Source of the DNA: an uncultured Gemmatimonadales bacterium
GTDB taxonomy: Bacteria > Gemmatimonadota > Gemmatimonadetes > Gemmatimonadales > Gemmatimonadaceae
Reading direction: 5' to 3'
Length of the DNA stretch: 64,000 nucleotides
NCBI GenBank assembly: GCA_963850905.1
Contig: CAWKMU010000003.1
Coordinates: 3,168,001 to 3,232,000 of the forward strand
The position numbers were made by a program, and so were the translations under genes. The first letter of the stretch is position 1, and each line of letters begins with the position of its first letter. Shown piece after piece: positions 1-9,731 of the stretch. The notes below the pieces were generated by a model. The model was given only the letters and a program-made list of their open reading frames with translations, did no database searches and was not told where the DNA came from.

Positions 1-80
1 CCCACGAGCTCGACGGGTGCCGGCGTCGCCCTGAATGGCGACGCGCCAAACTCCTGGCCCCAGCGCGTTCCAAGCCTGGG

Positions 81-1244
81 TTACTCTGCGACCGCGGCGG
101 CGGAGGCCAGCGCAGCGTCAGTGGTCTGCACGCCCGGTGGCGGCTCGGCGGGGAGCTCCAGCTCAAACATGCTGCCGCCGCCCATCCGCGGGCGGTAGCG
201 GACAGTCCCACCCTGTGCGGCAGCGAGTTGGCGCGCGATCGCGAGCCCGAGCCCGGCCCCGCCAGCGTCAGGCGGCGTTCCAGCCGGGCGGTAGAATGCC
301 TCGAAGATGCGTTCGCGTTCCGCAGCCGCGACTCCGCTGCCGAGATCGCCGACGCCCAGCACGAGCCACCGCTCCTCGCGACGCACCTCGATCGCAATCG
401 GACTGCCAGGCGGCGAATACTTGGCGGCGTTGGCGAGCAGGTTCGAAAGCGCACGGAGCGAGTGCGTAAAATCGAAATAGCCAGTCAGCGCTGGCGTCTC
501 CCAATCAATGTTGTGCTCGATGGGATGACCGCTCAGCACACCCTGAGCGTGGCGAATGGCCGCACCCACCAGATCCTCTGCTGTATTGAGCTCGGCGTTG
601 ACTGGCAAGACGCCGCCACGAATGCGCGAGAGATCGAGGAGGTTGTCGACCAGGTGCATGAGGCGATCGGCCTGCTCGACGATCATGGCTGCCACTGGTC
701 CGACCAATGCAGGGCCGTCGGGGCCCGACGGGTGCGCGAGCTCCTCGGCCAAAGCTTTCACCGTCGTGAGCGGCGTCCGAAAGTCGTGAGAGACGGACGC
801 CAGCAAGCTGTCCTTGAACCGGGCAGATTCGCGCAACGCCGCGGCGTGCTCCACCTCGCGGGCCAGTCGGGCAACTTCCGCCGCCCGGGCGCGGGCTTCG
901 GCCGCCCGCGCGCGCGCCCGCACCAGCAGCTGCGTTGTCACGACAGCCGTCAAGAGAAACGCAATCAGCACCAGCCAGTCGAGTGGCTTGGCAACCGCAA
1001 TTTCGTTGTAGGGAAGCTGAAACCAGTAATCGATGGCCCCGAACGCGAGCGCCGCGAGGGTGAAGCCGAGCGGCCGGCCCCCGGTCACGCTGGCACCCAG
1101 CACAATCAGCAAGTACACCAGCACCACGTGTACCTGCTCGATCTGTGTTCTCGCGCGAATCATGAAGAACGTCGCGACCGAGAGAATGACGAGCCAGCTA
1201 ACCCACAGCGCGAGCCGTCCCCTCGATCGCGAGTCGCCGATCAC
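81..1244 (-). CDS. KdpD-like membrane sensor histidine kinase (DUF4118-type TM domain + HisKA + HATPase; no N-terminal KdpD/USP domains)
   Basis: 387 aa; 4 N-terminal TM segments; H-box SVSHDFRTPLT, N-box NLLANAAKYS, G-box GAGLGLAI; GTGA overlap with the upstream regulator. Confidence 0.85.
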   Translation of the reverse strand: MIGDSRSRGRLALWVSWLVILSVATFFMIRARTQIEQVHVVLVYLLIVLGASVTGGRPLGFTLAALAFGAIDYWFQLPYNEIAVAKPLDWLVLIAFLLTAVVTTQLLVRARARAAEARARAAEVARLAREVEHAAALRESARFKDSLLASVSHDFRTPLTTVKALAEELAHPSGPDGPALVGPVAAMIVEQADRLMHLVDNLLDLSRIRGGVLPVNAELNTAEDLVGAAIRHAQGVLSGHPIEHNIDWETPALTGYFDFTHSLRALSNLLANAAKYSPPGSPIAIEVRREERWLVLGVGDLGSGVAAAERERIFEAFYRPAGTPPDAGGAGLGLAIARQLAAAQGGTVRYRPRMGGGSMFELELPAEPPPGVQTTDAALASAAAVAE

Positions 1245-1948
1245 GGCTCACTTTCCCCCACGAGCCGGTATCCGACGCCCGACTCCGTGAGGATCAGCTC
1301 CGGCGACGCAGGATTGCTCTCGATCTTTCGGCGCAGGTTGGTGATGTGGACGCGGAGATACAGACGGGCGTCCCCATAGCTCCGCTTCCACACGGCGTCG
1401 AAGAGTTGCTGGTGCGTGAGGGTGCGCCCGCGATTCGCGAGGAAGGTGCGGAGCAGATCCCACTCGATGGGCGTGAGGCGCACGACCGTACCATTGCGCA
1501 TGACCGTTCGAGCCGACAGATCGACATGCAGGGTCCCCAGCACGACGAGGCGCTCCGAGGCCGGCGTGAGCTCGCTTTGGGCACGACGCAGTTGTGCGCG
1601 CACCCTCGCCGCCAGCTCCGCCATGCCGAACGGCTTCGTCACATAGTCGTCGGCCCCCGCATTCAGCAACGCGACCTTCTCCGCCTCCGCCTCCCGCGCC
1701 GACAGCACGAGCACCGGCGCTCGCGACCAGCGTCGGATCTCCTGGCACACGGCGAGCCCTGTCATGTCTGGGAGGCCCAGGTCCAGGATGATCGCGTCAG
1801 GTCGCGCGGCCGCAGCGACGTCCACGCCGATCGCACCGGTCGCGGCTTCCAGTGTTTCCGCCGGCAGTGCGGCGAGCGCGTGTCGGACCGCGCGTCGGAT
1901 TTGCGGCTCGTCGTCGATAACGAGCACAGTCACAGGAGAACTTGTCAC
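1241..1948 (-). CDS. KdpE-like OmpR-family response regulator
   Basis: VLVIDDEPQIRR, ILDLGLPD, ADDYVTKPF; winged-helix C-terminus LRVHITNLRRKIE...ESGVGYRL. Confidence 0.9.
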   Translation of the reverse strand: MTSSPVTVLVIDDEPQIRRAVRHALAALPAETLEAATGAIGVDVAAAARPDAIILDLGLPDMTGLAVCQEIRRWSRAPVLVLSAREAEAEKVALLNAGADDYVTKPFGMAELAARVRAQLRRAQSELTPASERLVVLGTLHVDLSARTVMRNGTVVRLTPIEWDLLRTFLANRGRTLTHQQLFDAVWKRSYGDARLYLRVHITNLRRKIESNPASPELILTESGVGYRLVGESEP

Positions 1949-2022
1949 CGGTATGCGAGGCTCGAGGGAGCATTCACCATCCCGCTCTGACAGTGGCGAG
2001 GACCGCGCTCCACCGCACCGTC

Positions 2023-2070
2023 CTTTGTGAAATCTTAGCGACGTGTTGGTGCTTCTTAACTGCTGCTTAG
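2023..2070. promoter_or_regulatory. Helically phased CTTAG-like direct repeats, putative OmpR-family operator
   Basis: CTTTG 2023, CTTAG 2034, GTTGG 2045, CTTAA 2055, CTTAG 2066 (10-11 bp period) in the divergent intergenic region. Confidence 0.45.
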
Positions 2071-2094
2071 CCGCGGATTGCCGATCGTTCTTGT

Positions 2095-3324
2095 GTGCTC
2101 AGCAAACGTGCGGTGTGGCTCACCCGGTTGGCCGTTGCGACGGCCGTTGGTCTCGTGCTCGTTGGCAACGTAGCCGTGCTCGCAAGACATACCAGCCGAC
2201 ACGCGCCCACGGTCAATACCGCAGCCGCCTCCCTGGAAGCCCAACCCCAATCCGAGGTATCGTCGGCGCCCACCGTGGAGCTGGCGTCCACCCAACTGGC
2301 GACGTTCAAGGTCGAGCCGGTAGGAACCTACCTCTTCCCGGTCGACAAGCACGCGGTGGGTAGCATCGACTTCGATGAGGACCTCGCGGTACAGGTCTTC
2401 CCGCCCTACCAGGGTAAGATCATCAATGCATTCGCCCAAGTTGGCAACCGTGTGGAGCGGGGCCAGCCCCTGTATACCATCGACAGCCCCGACCTCATCC
2501 AGGCGGAATCCAACCTGATCGGCTCCGCGGCAACCCTCATGACCGCGAGCAAGGAGTTGGCCCGGGCCAGAGACCTCTACGGGCACGACAGCGGCGGCGT
2601 CTCGGAGCGCGAGTACGACCAGGCCGTCTCGGAAGACCAGACAGCCGAGGGAAATCTCAAAGCCGCGCGGAGCGCGGTACGGGTCTTCGGGCAGTCCGAC
2701 GCGGACATCGACCGCATCATCGCGACTCGAAAAATCGATCCGGCGCTCATCGTGAAGAGCCCGTTGAACGGGCAGGTGACCGCCCGCAACGCGCAGCCCG
2801 GCCTGTTGGTCGAGCCGGGCGCCGCACCACCGCCCTTCGCCGTTGCCCCAGTCACGACCAAGTGGATGGTGGCCAACGTCCTCGAGAGCGACAGCCCAAT
2901 GTATCACGCCGGCCAACCGGTCGAAGTGACGGTCATGGCCTTTCCCGGCCGCACCTTTCGGGGGACGATATCGACGATCTATCCCGCCGTCGATCCGAAT
3001 ACCCATCGCGTCACCATTCGCTCCGAGATCGCCGATCCGAGCAACGAGCTGCGATCGGGCATGCTCGCGGATTTCGTAATTCAGGTGCGCGCGCCAGTGC
3101 GCTCCCCGGCGGTCCCGACCACCACGGTCGTCCGCGAAGGCGATGGGACGATGACGGCATGGGTAACGACGGACCGACGTCGCATGACCCAGCGCGTGGT
3201 AGCGATCGGGCTCGAGCGAGATGGACGGTACCAGATCCTGAGCGGGCTGCAGCCGGGTGAGCTGGTCGTCACGCAAGGCGGCGTATTCCTCAGCAACATG
3301 CTGCAAACTCCTCCGACGGACTGA
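2095..3324 (+). CDS. RND efflux periplasmic adaptor (CzcB/CusB-like MFP)
   Basis: 409 aa; N-terminal hydrophobic anchor; lipoyl/barrel motifs VERGQPLYTIDSPDL, KSPLNGQVT, GLQPGELVVTQG. Confidence 0.85.
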   Translation: MLSKRAVWLTRLAVATAVGLVLVGNVAVLARHTSRHAPTVNTAAASLEAQPQSEVSSAPTVELASTQLATFKVEPVGTYLFPVDKHAVGSIDFDEDLAVQVFPPYQGKIINAFAQVGNRVERGQPLYTIDSPDLIQAESNLIGSAATLMTASKELARARDLYGHDSGGVSEREYDQAVSEDQTAEGNLKAARSAVRVFGQSDADIDRIIATRKIDPALIVKSPLNGQVTARNAQPGLLVEPGAAPPPFAVAPVTTKWMVANVLESDSPMYHAGQPVEVTVMAFPGRTFRGTISTIYPAVDPNTHRVTIRSEIADPSNELRSGMLADFVIQVRAPVRSPAVPTTTVVREGDGTMTAWVTTDRRRMTQRVVAIGLERDGRYQILSGLQPGELVVTQGGVFLSNMLQTPPTD

Positions 3325-3340
3325 CAGACACAGTCCGCCG

Positions 3341-6300
3341 GTGTTCAAATCGGTCATTGCGTTCTGCCTGAGTCGCCGCCCGATCGTGTTGATCGGTCTG
3401 GCGATGTTCGCCGCCGCCGGGCTGATCGCCTTTCGCTCACTCAACATCGAGGCCTATCCAAACCCGTCGCCGGTCATCCTCGAGATCACGGCGCAGGCCC
3501 CCGGCCTCTCCGCCGAAGACATGGAGCGGTACTACACCCGGCCGATCGAGATCGGACTCTACACGACGCCAGGCATCAATGTGATTCGCTCGACGTCGTT
3601 CTACGGCCTCTCGTTTGTGCGCGTCGTGTTCAAGTACGGGGTTGACTACCACTATGCATACGCGCAAGCCGCGGTCGCGCTCCAACAGAACGTCAACTTG
3701 CCCGGCAATCTGGTGCCGACCATCCAGCAGAATAGCGGGACGGGCGAGATCCTCCGCTATCAGGTTGTCGGACCAAATCACTTCGGGGTGACGAATCTCC
3801 GCACGGTGCAAGACTGGATTGCTGTGCGACGCCTGCTGGCCATCCCCGGTATCGTCGCTGTCAATAGTTGGGGAGGTCCGACCAAGGAATTCGAGGTGCA
3901 GCTGGACCCCCGCAAGCTCGAGGCGTACCGCATCACCGTCCCGCAGGTGCTCACGGCGCTGAGCAACGCCAACATCAACGTGGGCGGCCGAGAGATCCGC
4001 ATCGGGCAGCAATCCGTGAACATCCGGGGCGTGGGCTTGATCGACGACGGAGGCGCCGACGACCTCACGAAAGGCTACAAGGTCGACGACATCGATAATG
4101 TCGTCCTGACGGAGTCGAACGGCGTCCCCATTCTGGTCCGCAATGTCGCCACGGTCATCGTCGGCAACAGGCCGCGACTCGGGATCCTGGGTCGCGACTC
4201 CGACGACGACGTGGTCGGATCCATCGTCGTCATGAATCGCGACGAGAAAACCGCAGACATGATCCCCAAGGTCAAGGCGGAGATCGACCGAATGAACAGG
4301 GACGGGTCTCTGCCCGCCGGTGTCAAGCTCGTGCCGTACTACGACCGGTCGTCCCTGATCGGCGTGACCACGCACACGGTGCTGCACAATCTGATCCTCG
4401 GGTGTCTGCTCGTCTTTCTGGTCCAGTGGGTCTTCCTGGGCGATCTGCGGAGCGCGATTCTCGTCGGCGTCAATATCCCGTTTGCCCTGTTGTTCGCCGT
4501 CATCCTGCTCGTGTGGCGCGGCGAGAGCGCGAACCTGCTCTCGGTTGGCGCGGTCGATTTCGGCATCATCGTCGACTCGGCCGTCATCCTCGTCGAGAAT
4601 GTCTTCAGAGTCTTCCAGAGCCCGCCGGCTGACATCCAGCGGCTGTTGCGCGGGCTGTCCCAAGGTGCGTTTGGATCCGATCCGACGACCGGCGACGCCT
4701 CGACCCGCACCGGACAATGGACGGATCGGCTCCGGCTGCTGCTCATCAGTGCAACGCAAGTGGACCGCGCGGTCTTTTTCTCGACGCTCATCACCGTCGC
4801 TGGGTTCGTCCCCCTGTTCACAATGCAAGGGGTTGAGGGACAGATCTTTGGGCCGATGGCGCGCACCTACGGGTACGCGCTGGCCGGCGCGCTGATCGCC
4901 ACCTTCACGGTCACGCCAGTGCTGGCGTCGTTCCTTCTCCCGGAGCGAGTGCAGGAAGCCGAAACCCTGGTCGTGCGCGCGCTGCACCGCGTATACACGC
5001 CAGCGCTCCGCTACGCGCTCGCCAACCGTCGCGTCGTCGTCCTCTCCGGCGTCGCCTTCGTCGCGATCGCCGCGCTGCTCTTGCCGCGGCTCGGCAGCGA
5101 GTTCCTGCCGCAGCTCGAGGAAGGGAACTACTGGATCCGAGCCTCCATGCCGACCACCCTCTCGCTCGAGGATGGCGAGGCCGCCACCCGGCGCATGCGG
5201 CTCATTTTGATGCGTCACCCGGAGATCGTCACTGTGGTGTCGCAACACGGCCGGCCAGATGACGGGAGCGACGCCGCTCCGTTCTCGAATGTCGAGCTGT
5301 TTGCGCCCCTCAAGCCCGCCGATGAATGGCCGCGGGGGGAGACCAAAGAGAAGCTCACCGCAGAGATCCAGTCGGAGCTGGAGCGGGAGCTGCCCGGCGT
5401 GAGCTTCAACTTCTCCCAGTACATCGAGGACAACATCGAGGAGGCGATGTCCGGGGTCAAAGGTGTCAATTCAGTCAAGATCGTCGGCCCGAACCTCCAG
5501 ACCCTGACCGAGCTCGCCACACGAATTCGCGATCAGCTCGCGCAGGTGCAGGGCATCACGGACCTCGGGATCTTCCCGGTGCTTGGCCAGCCAAACCTGA
5601 ACATCACGGTCGACCGCGCCAGCGCTGCGCGCTACGGTCTCAACGCCGGTGACGTCAACGCGCTGGTGCAGACGGCACTCGGTGGCACCGTCGCCACCAC
5701 GGTGCTCGAGGGTGAGCGACAGTTCGAGCTGGTCGTGCGATTCAGCCCGCAGTTCCGCGACGACGTCGACAAGATCCGCAACATCAAGGTGGGCGTGCAG
5801 ACAAACGGCGTCATCGCCTATATCCCGCTCAGCGACCTGGCAACGATCACGCTCGACAATGGCGCGTCGTGGATCTACCACGAAAGCACTGAGCGGTTCA
5901 TCCCGGTCAAGTTCAGCGTGCGAGGCCGCGATCTGGGCGGCGCCGTGGCGGAAGCCGAGCGGCGCATCGCGACGAAAGTGATCCTCCCGAGCGGGTATCG
6001 TCTCGTCTGGGCCGGCGAGTTTGGCGAGCTCCAAGCCGCCAAAGCGCGTCTGGCCGTGGTCGTGCCGATCAGCCTGCTGCTGATCTTCGGGCTTCTGTAC
6101 GCCCTGTTCAACTCGCTCCGCGACAGCCTGCTCGCCCTCGTCGGCATTCCATTCGCGGCGGCCGGCGGCATCCTCGCACTCTATGTATCCGGCCTCAATT
6201 TCAGTATTTCCGCCGGCATCGGTTTCATCTCGCTCTTTGGTGTGTCGGTGATGCACGGCGTGTTGGTGATCACGTATTACGAGGCGGAGCGGAAGCTCGG

Positions 6301-6556
6301 TGCCCCGCCAGCCGACGCCATGTTTCGCGCGGCGTCGACCCGCATGCGTCCACTTCTCATGACCGCGCTGTCCGCCTGCATCGGGCTTTTCCCCGCTGCG
6401 ATCTCGACGCAGATCGGCAGTCAGGTGCAGCGCCCGCTGGCGACGGTGATCGTGGGCGGGATGTTGCTCGGCCCACTCGTGCTGCTGCTCGTCGTCCCGG
6501 CGTTACAGATCGTTTTCCTCGGCAAAGACGCTGCACCCTCGCCGGCGGCCTCGTGA
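3341..6556 (+). CDS. Heavy-metal (HME) RND permease, CzcA/CusA family
   Basis: Likely GTG start at 3341 (MFKSVIAFCLSRR); LNIEAYP, SVGAVDFGIIVDSAVILVEN, GSEFLPQLEEG, RMRPLLMTA, GSQVQRPLATVIVGG. Confidence 0.9.
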   Translation: MFKSVIAFCLSRRPIVLIGLAMFAAAGLIAFRSLNIEAYPNPSPVILEITAQAPGLSAEDMERYYTRPIEIGLYTTPGINVIRSTSFYGLSFVRVVFKYGVDYHYAYAQAAVALQQNVNLPGNLVPTIQQNSGTGEILRYQVVGPNHFGVTNLRTVQDWIAVRRLLAIPGIVAVNSWGGPTKEFEVQLDPRKLEAYRITVPQVLTALSNANINVGGREIRIGQQSVNIRGVGLIDDGGADDLTKGYKVDDIDNVVLTESNGVPILVRNVATVIVGNRPRLGILGRDSDDDVVGSIVVMNRDEKTADMIPKVKAEIDRMNRDGSLPAGVKLVPYYDRSSLIGVTTHTVLHNLILGCLLVFLVQWVFLGDLRSAILVGVNIPFALLFAVILLVWRGESANLLSVGAVDFGIIVDSAVILVENVFRVFQSPPADIQRLLRGLSQGAFGSDPTTGDASTRTGQWTDRLRLLLISATQVDRAVFFSTLITVAGFVPLFTMQGVEGQIFGPMARTYGYALAGALIATFTVTPVLASFLLPERVQEAETLVVRALHRVYTPALRYALANRRVVVLSGVAFVAIAALLLPRLGSEFLPQLEEGNYWIRASMPTTLSLEDGEAATRRMRLILMRHPEIVTVVSQHGRPDDGSDAAPFSNVELFAPLKPADEWPRGETKEKLTAEIQSELERELPGVSFNFSQYIEDNIEEAMSGVKGVNSVKIVGPNLQTLTELATRIRDQLAQVQGITDLGIFPVLGQPNLNITVDRASAARYGLNAGDVNALVQTALGGTVATTVLEGERQFELVVRFSPQFRDDVDKIRNIKVGVQTNGVIAYIPLSDLATITLDNGASWIYHESTERFIPVKFSVRGRDLGGAVAEAERRIATKVILPSGYRLVWAGEFGELQAAKARLAVVVPISLLLIFGLLYALFNSLRDSLLALVGIPFAAAGGILALYVSGLNFSISAGIGFISLFGVSVMHGVLVITYYEAERKLGAPPADAMFRAASTRMRPLLMTALSACIGLFPAAISTQIGSQVQRPLATVIVGGMLLGPLVLLLVVPALQIVFLGKDAAPSPAAS

Positions 6557-8064
6557 TGCGTCCGCTGCGCCCGGACCCCCGCATGTCACGATCGCGTCAG
6601 GCAATCGGGACGCTGAGCGCCGCGATGCTCACGTTGCTCGCTGGCTGTGCGGTGGGCCCGAACTACCACCGGCCTGCGCTCACGCCGGCCGCAGGGTATA
6701 CGCCGCAGCCGCTCAGCAGTACCACCGGCGATACATCGGCAGCCGCCCGCGTCCAGCGGTTCGGGTACGGCGTCGACATTGCCGGCGAGTGGTGGAAGGT
6801 GTTCCACTCGCAGGCGCTCAATGCGCTCGTCGAACGCGCACTCGCCGCCAACCCCAGCATCAAAGCGGCACAGGCGGCCCTCACGATGGCCCGCGAAAAC
6901 ATGTTGGCGAAGCGCGGCGCGTACTTCCCAAGCGTGGATGCCGGCGTCGGCGCCAGCCGGCAGAAGACCGCGGCCACACTGTCGCCCTCCACCAGTTCGG
7001 GCGCGCTGTATTTCAGCTTGTACACACCGCAGGTCACCGTGTCGTACGTGCCCGATGTGTTCGGCTTAAACCGACGCACGGTCGAATCGCTGGCAGCCCA
7101 GGAGCAGGCGGCTCGCTTTCAACTGATCGCCACCCACATCACCCTTAGCTCCAACGTCGTCGCCGCGGCAATCCAGGAAGCGTCTCTGCGCGCACAGGTA
7201 GATGCCACACATCAGTTGGTGAGCGCCAGCACGCACATGGTGGAGATCCTGCGCGCACAGTTCGTGAGGGGCTACGCCAGCCGGCTCGACCTTGCAGCAC
7301 AGGAGTCACAGCTCGCGCAAGAGGCGGCCACGCTCCCTCCGCTCCTCAAGCAATTGGCGCAACAGCGAGATCTCCTGATCGCCCTCGCGGGCGGGTACCC
7401 GAGCCAAGCGCTTCCCGACACGTTTGCTCTGTCGAGCTTCGAGTTGCCGGAAGACCTCCCGGTGTCGCTGCCGTCGCAGCTCGTCGAGCAACGCCCCGAT
7501 GTCCGTCAGGCCGAGGCCAACCTGCACGCCGCCAGCGCCCAGGTCGGAATCGCCGTCGCAAACCGGCTTCCCAACATCACCTTGGCCGCAACGGCTGGTT
7601 CCTCCGCGTTGACTCCCGGCACGATCTTCTCAGCGGCGACGGGATTCTGGTCGCTGGCGGCAGGCTTGACGCAGCCGATCTTCCAGGGTGGAACGCTGCT
7701 GCACCAACAGCGCGCCGCGGAGGCAGCCTACAACGAGGCGGCGGCGCAGTACCAGAGCGCGGTCATTACGGCGTTCCAGAACGTCGCGGATGTGTTGAAC
7801 GCGCTCGTCCAGGACGGAGACGCGGTCAAAGCCGCTACGGCCGCGGCCAATGCGGCCAAGGTGACGCTCGACCTGGCCCAGGAACAGGTCCGCGTTGGCT
7901 ACTCGAGCACGTTGGCCCTGCTCAACGCCGAGCAGGCGTATCAGCAAGCGACCATCACGCTGGCGCAGGCGCGCGCGAATCGCCTCGGCGACACGGCGGC
8001 GTTGTTTCAAGCCTTGGGCGGCGGCTGGTCCCATCGCGCCGACCTGCCGCTCGATCAGCCCTGA
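6553..8064 (+). CDS. Efflux outer-membrane factor lipoprotein (NodT/OprM type)
   Basis: Lipobox LLAGC-AVGPNY; LPSQLVEQRPDVRQAE; C-terminal LFQALGGGW. Confidence 0.9.
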   Translation: MMRPLRPDPRMSRSRQAIGTLSAAMLTLLAGCAVGPNYHRPALTPAAGYTPQPLSSTTGDTSAAARVQRFGYGVDIAGEWWKVFHSQALNALVERALAANPSIKAAQAALTMARENMLAKRGAYFPSVDAGVGASRQKTAATLSPSTSSGALYFSLYTPQVTVSYVPDVFGLNRRTVESLAAQEQAARFQLIATHITLSSNVVAAAIQEASLRAQVDATHQLVSASTHMVEILRAQFVRGYASRLDLAAQESQLAQEAATLPPLLKQLAQQRDLLIALAGGYPSQALPDTFALSSFELPEDLPVSLPSQLVEQRPDVRQAEANLHAASAQVGIAVANRLPNITLAATAGSSALTPGTIFSAATGFWSLAAGLTQPIFQGGTLLHQQRAAEAAYNEAAAQYQSAVITAFQNVADVLNALVQDGDAVKAATAAANAAKVTLDLAQEQVRVGYSSTLALLNAEQAYQQATITLAQARANRLGDTAALFQALGGGWSHRADLPLDQP

Positions 8065-8102
8065 TCCCGCGCGATCGTAGGATGTGCCTCGCTGGCGCGT
8101 AT

Positions 8103-8134
8103 TCTCTAGCGTTCAGCGTCTACGTCCAGCGTCG
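8103..8134. repeat. Heptamer tandem repeat (GTCCAGC-like), single arm
   Basis: tctagc gttcagc gtctac gtccagc gtcga; same unit as at 36531 and 48946. Confidence 0.5.
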
Positions 8135-8185
8135 AGTGTTTTGCGTCCACTCTCCTTTCTCACTGGCGCTCCGTAACTTTCGTCC

Positions 8186-8932
8186 ATGCGAACGCTCGTT
8201 CTGCTCCGGCACGGCCAGAGCACGTGGAATGAAGAGAACCGGTTTACGGGCTGGACCGACGTCGATCTGTCCGACCGCGGACTCGTCGAGGCCGGGCAGG
8301 CCGGCGATCTGTTGCGGGACGCGGGGTATACCTTTGATATCGCGTTCACATCCGTCTTGAAGCGGGCGATCCGGACGTTGTGGATTGCCCTCGATCGGAT
8401 GGATCTCATGTGGATCCCGACGACGAAGCACTGGCGCCTCAACGAACGGCACTACGGCGACCTGCAGGGCCTCAACAAGGCGGAAATGGCCGCGCGTTAC
8501 GGAGAAGCCCAGGTGCTCCAGTGGCGTCGCAGTTACGACATTCGGCCGCCCGCGATGAAGCCGACCGACGAACGCGTTCCCGCCCGCGATCCGCGCTATC
8601 GCGATCTCCGTCCTGAGGAGCTCCCGTTGACGGAGTGCTTGGCCGACACGGTCGCACGCGTGGTCCCATATTGGCGTGAGGTCATCGGCCCGGCCGTCAA
8701 GCGCGGGGAACGGGTGATCGTCGCTGCGCACGGCAATTCACTGCGCGCCCTCGTCAAGCATCTCGATGGCATCGGCGACCAGGAGATCGTCGCGCTCAAC
8801 ATTCCAACGGGTATCCCGCTCGTCTACGAGTTGACCGACGACTTGCGCCCAATTCGGCACCAATACCTTGGCGATCCCGAAGCGGTTGCCGCTGCGACCG
8901 CCGCAGTGGCCTCGCAAGGTAAAGCCCGATAG
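8186..8932 (+). CDS. gpmA: 2,3-bisphosphoglycerate-dependent phosphoglycerate mutase
   Basis: [60 protein letters not shown]. Confidence 0.97.
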   Translation: MRTLVLLRHGQSTWNEENRFTGWTDVDLSDRGLVEAGQAGDLLRDAGYTFDIAFTSVLKRAIRTLWIALDRMDLMWIPTTKHWRLNERHYGDLQGLNKAEMAARYGEAQVLQWRRSYDIRPPAMKPTDERVPARDPRYRDLRPEELPLTECLADTVARVVPYWREVIGPAVKRGERVIVAAHGNSLRALVKHLDGIGDQEIVALNIPTGIPLVYELTDDLRPIRHQYLGDPEAVAAATAAVASQGKAR

Positions 8933-8957
8933 GACGCAGCGTGCCCGCCGTGGACCG

Positions 8958-8982
8958 GTAGGGGCGACGCATCGCGTCGCCC
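8958..8982 (+). repeat. GTAG-type REP palindrome
   Basis: GTAG-GGGCGACGC-atc-GCGTCGCCC. Confidence 0.8.
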
Positions 8983-9109
8983 GCCAAGGCGGTGGCGACC
9001 GCGGAAACGCGGATACCGCGTCGGAGCGACACCTGCGTCCCGTGGCCCTGCTGGGTGGACCGATCTACATTTCCTCGGTCACGCCCGACCGCGCGGTGGT
9101 CGAGGAGAT

Positions 9110-9183
9110 GCGCCAGTAGCTCAGCTGGATAGAGCAACAGCCTTCGGAGCTGTGGGTCGGGGGTTCGAATCCCTCCTGGCGCG
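9110..9183 (+). tRNA. tRNA-Arg (anticodon TCG), CCA not encoded
   Basis: Acceptor GCGCCAG/CTGGCGC; D-arm TAGCTCAGCTGGATAGAGC; anticodon arm ACAGC-CTTCGGA-GCTGT; T-loop GGTTCGAATCC. Confidence 0.95.
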
Positions 9184-9237
9184 CTGGTGGCTTCACCGCA
9201 CCAAGAGCGGAGCGGCCCAGCCAAAGAACAAGGAGAG

Positions 9238-9270
9238 GAGCGGCGCCGCCGTGGCGCCGTTCGTCTTTTT
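9238..9270 (+). terminator. Intrinsic terminator after tRNA-Arg
   Basis: GAGCGGCGCC-gccgt-GGCGCCGTTC followed by gtcttttt. Confidence 0.6.
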
Positions 9271-9342
9271 CCCCCGCAGCGAGCGCGCGTCTTGCTACGT
9301 ATCGCGCTTCGATGAGGTGAGGCCAGACATTCGGCAAGAGAG

Positions 9343-9642
9343 TTGATCACCCGGCGAGACTCGACACCCCCTGCCTCTGTATTCGTGCGGACACTGATTC
9401 ACGAGCACAGGACCCGAGTGCACGATCGACAAGGCACCCCGTACGTCGGCCGCACCTACGCGGAAGAGCGCGCCGACGGCACCTGGTATGCGTGGCTCGA
9501 GTTCGACCCCCTCGTGCCACACCGGCTCCGGATGCACACGGAGCAAGAGACGTCCCAACCGAGTCGTGCCGCCGTCGAGTACTGGGCAACTGGGTTGGAG
9601 CCGGTGTACCTCGAGGGCGCACTCGCACGCAGCCACCCATAG
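9343..9642 (+). CDS. Small hypothetical protein (start 9343 or 9385)
   Basis: Protein-like sequence ADGTWYAWLEFDP...TEQETSQPSRAAVEYWATGLEPVYLEGALAR; fills the gap between the tRNA terminator and the next promoter. Confidence 0.7.
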   Translation: MITRRDSTPPASVFVRTLIHEHRTRVHDRQGTPYVGRTYAEERADGTWYAWLEFDPLVPHRLRMHTEQETSQPSRAAVEYWATGLEPVYLEGALARSHP

Positions 9643-9689
9643 CTCCCGCTTGTGACGGCACCGCACCGGCGGGCAGTATTGTCAGCGCC

Positions 9690-9731
9690 ATGCGGGTTGT
9701 GTCATCTCCTTCATCACGGTGCGAGTCATGA
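9690..9731 (+). CDS. Putative leaderless uORF (MRVVSSPSSRCES) coupled to the serine hydrolase
   Basis: TATTGT 9677-9682, 7 nt, ATG 9690; stop TGA 9729-9731 overlaps ATG 9728. Confidence 0.45.
   Translation: MRVVSSPSSRCES

Noticed and set aside
2056..8034. Long antisense ORFs opposite the RND genes (and similar shadow ORFs elsewhere)
   Set aside because: Expected from GC-rich codon bias; no recognisable motifs
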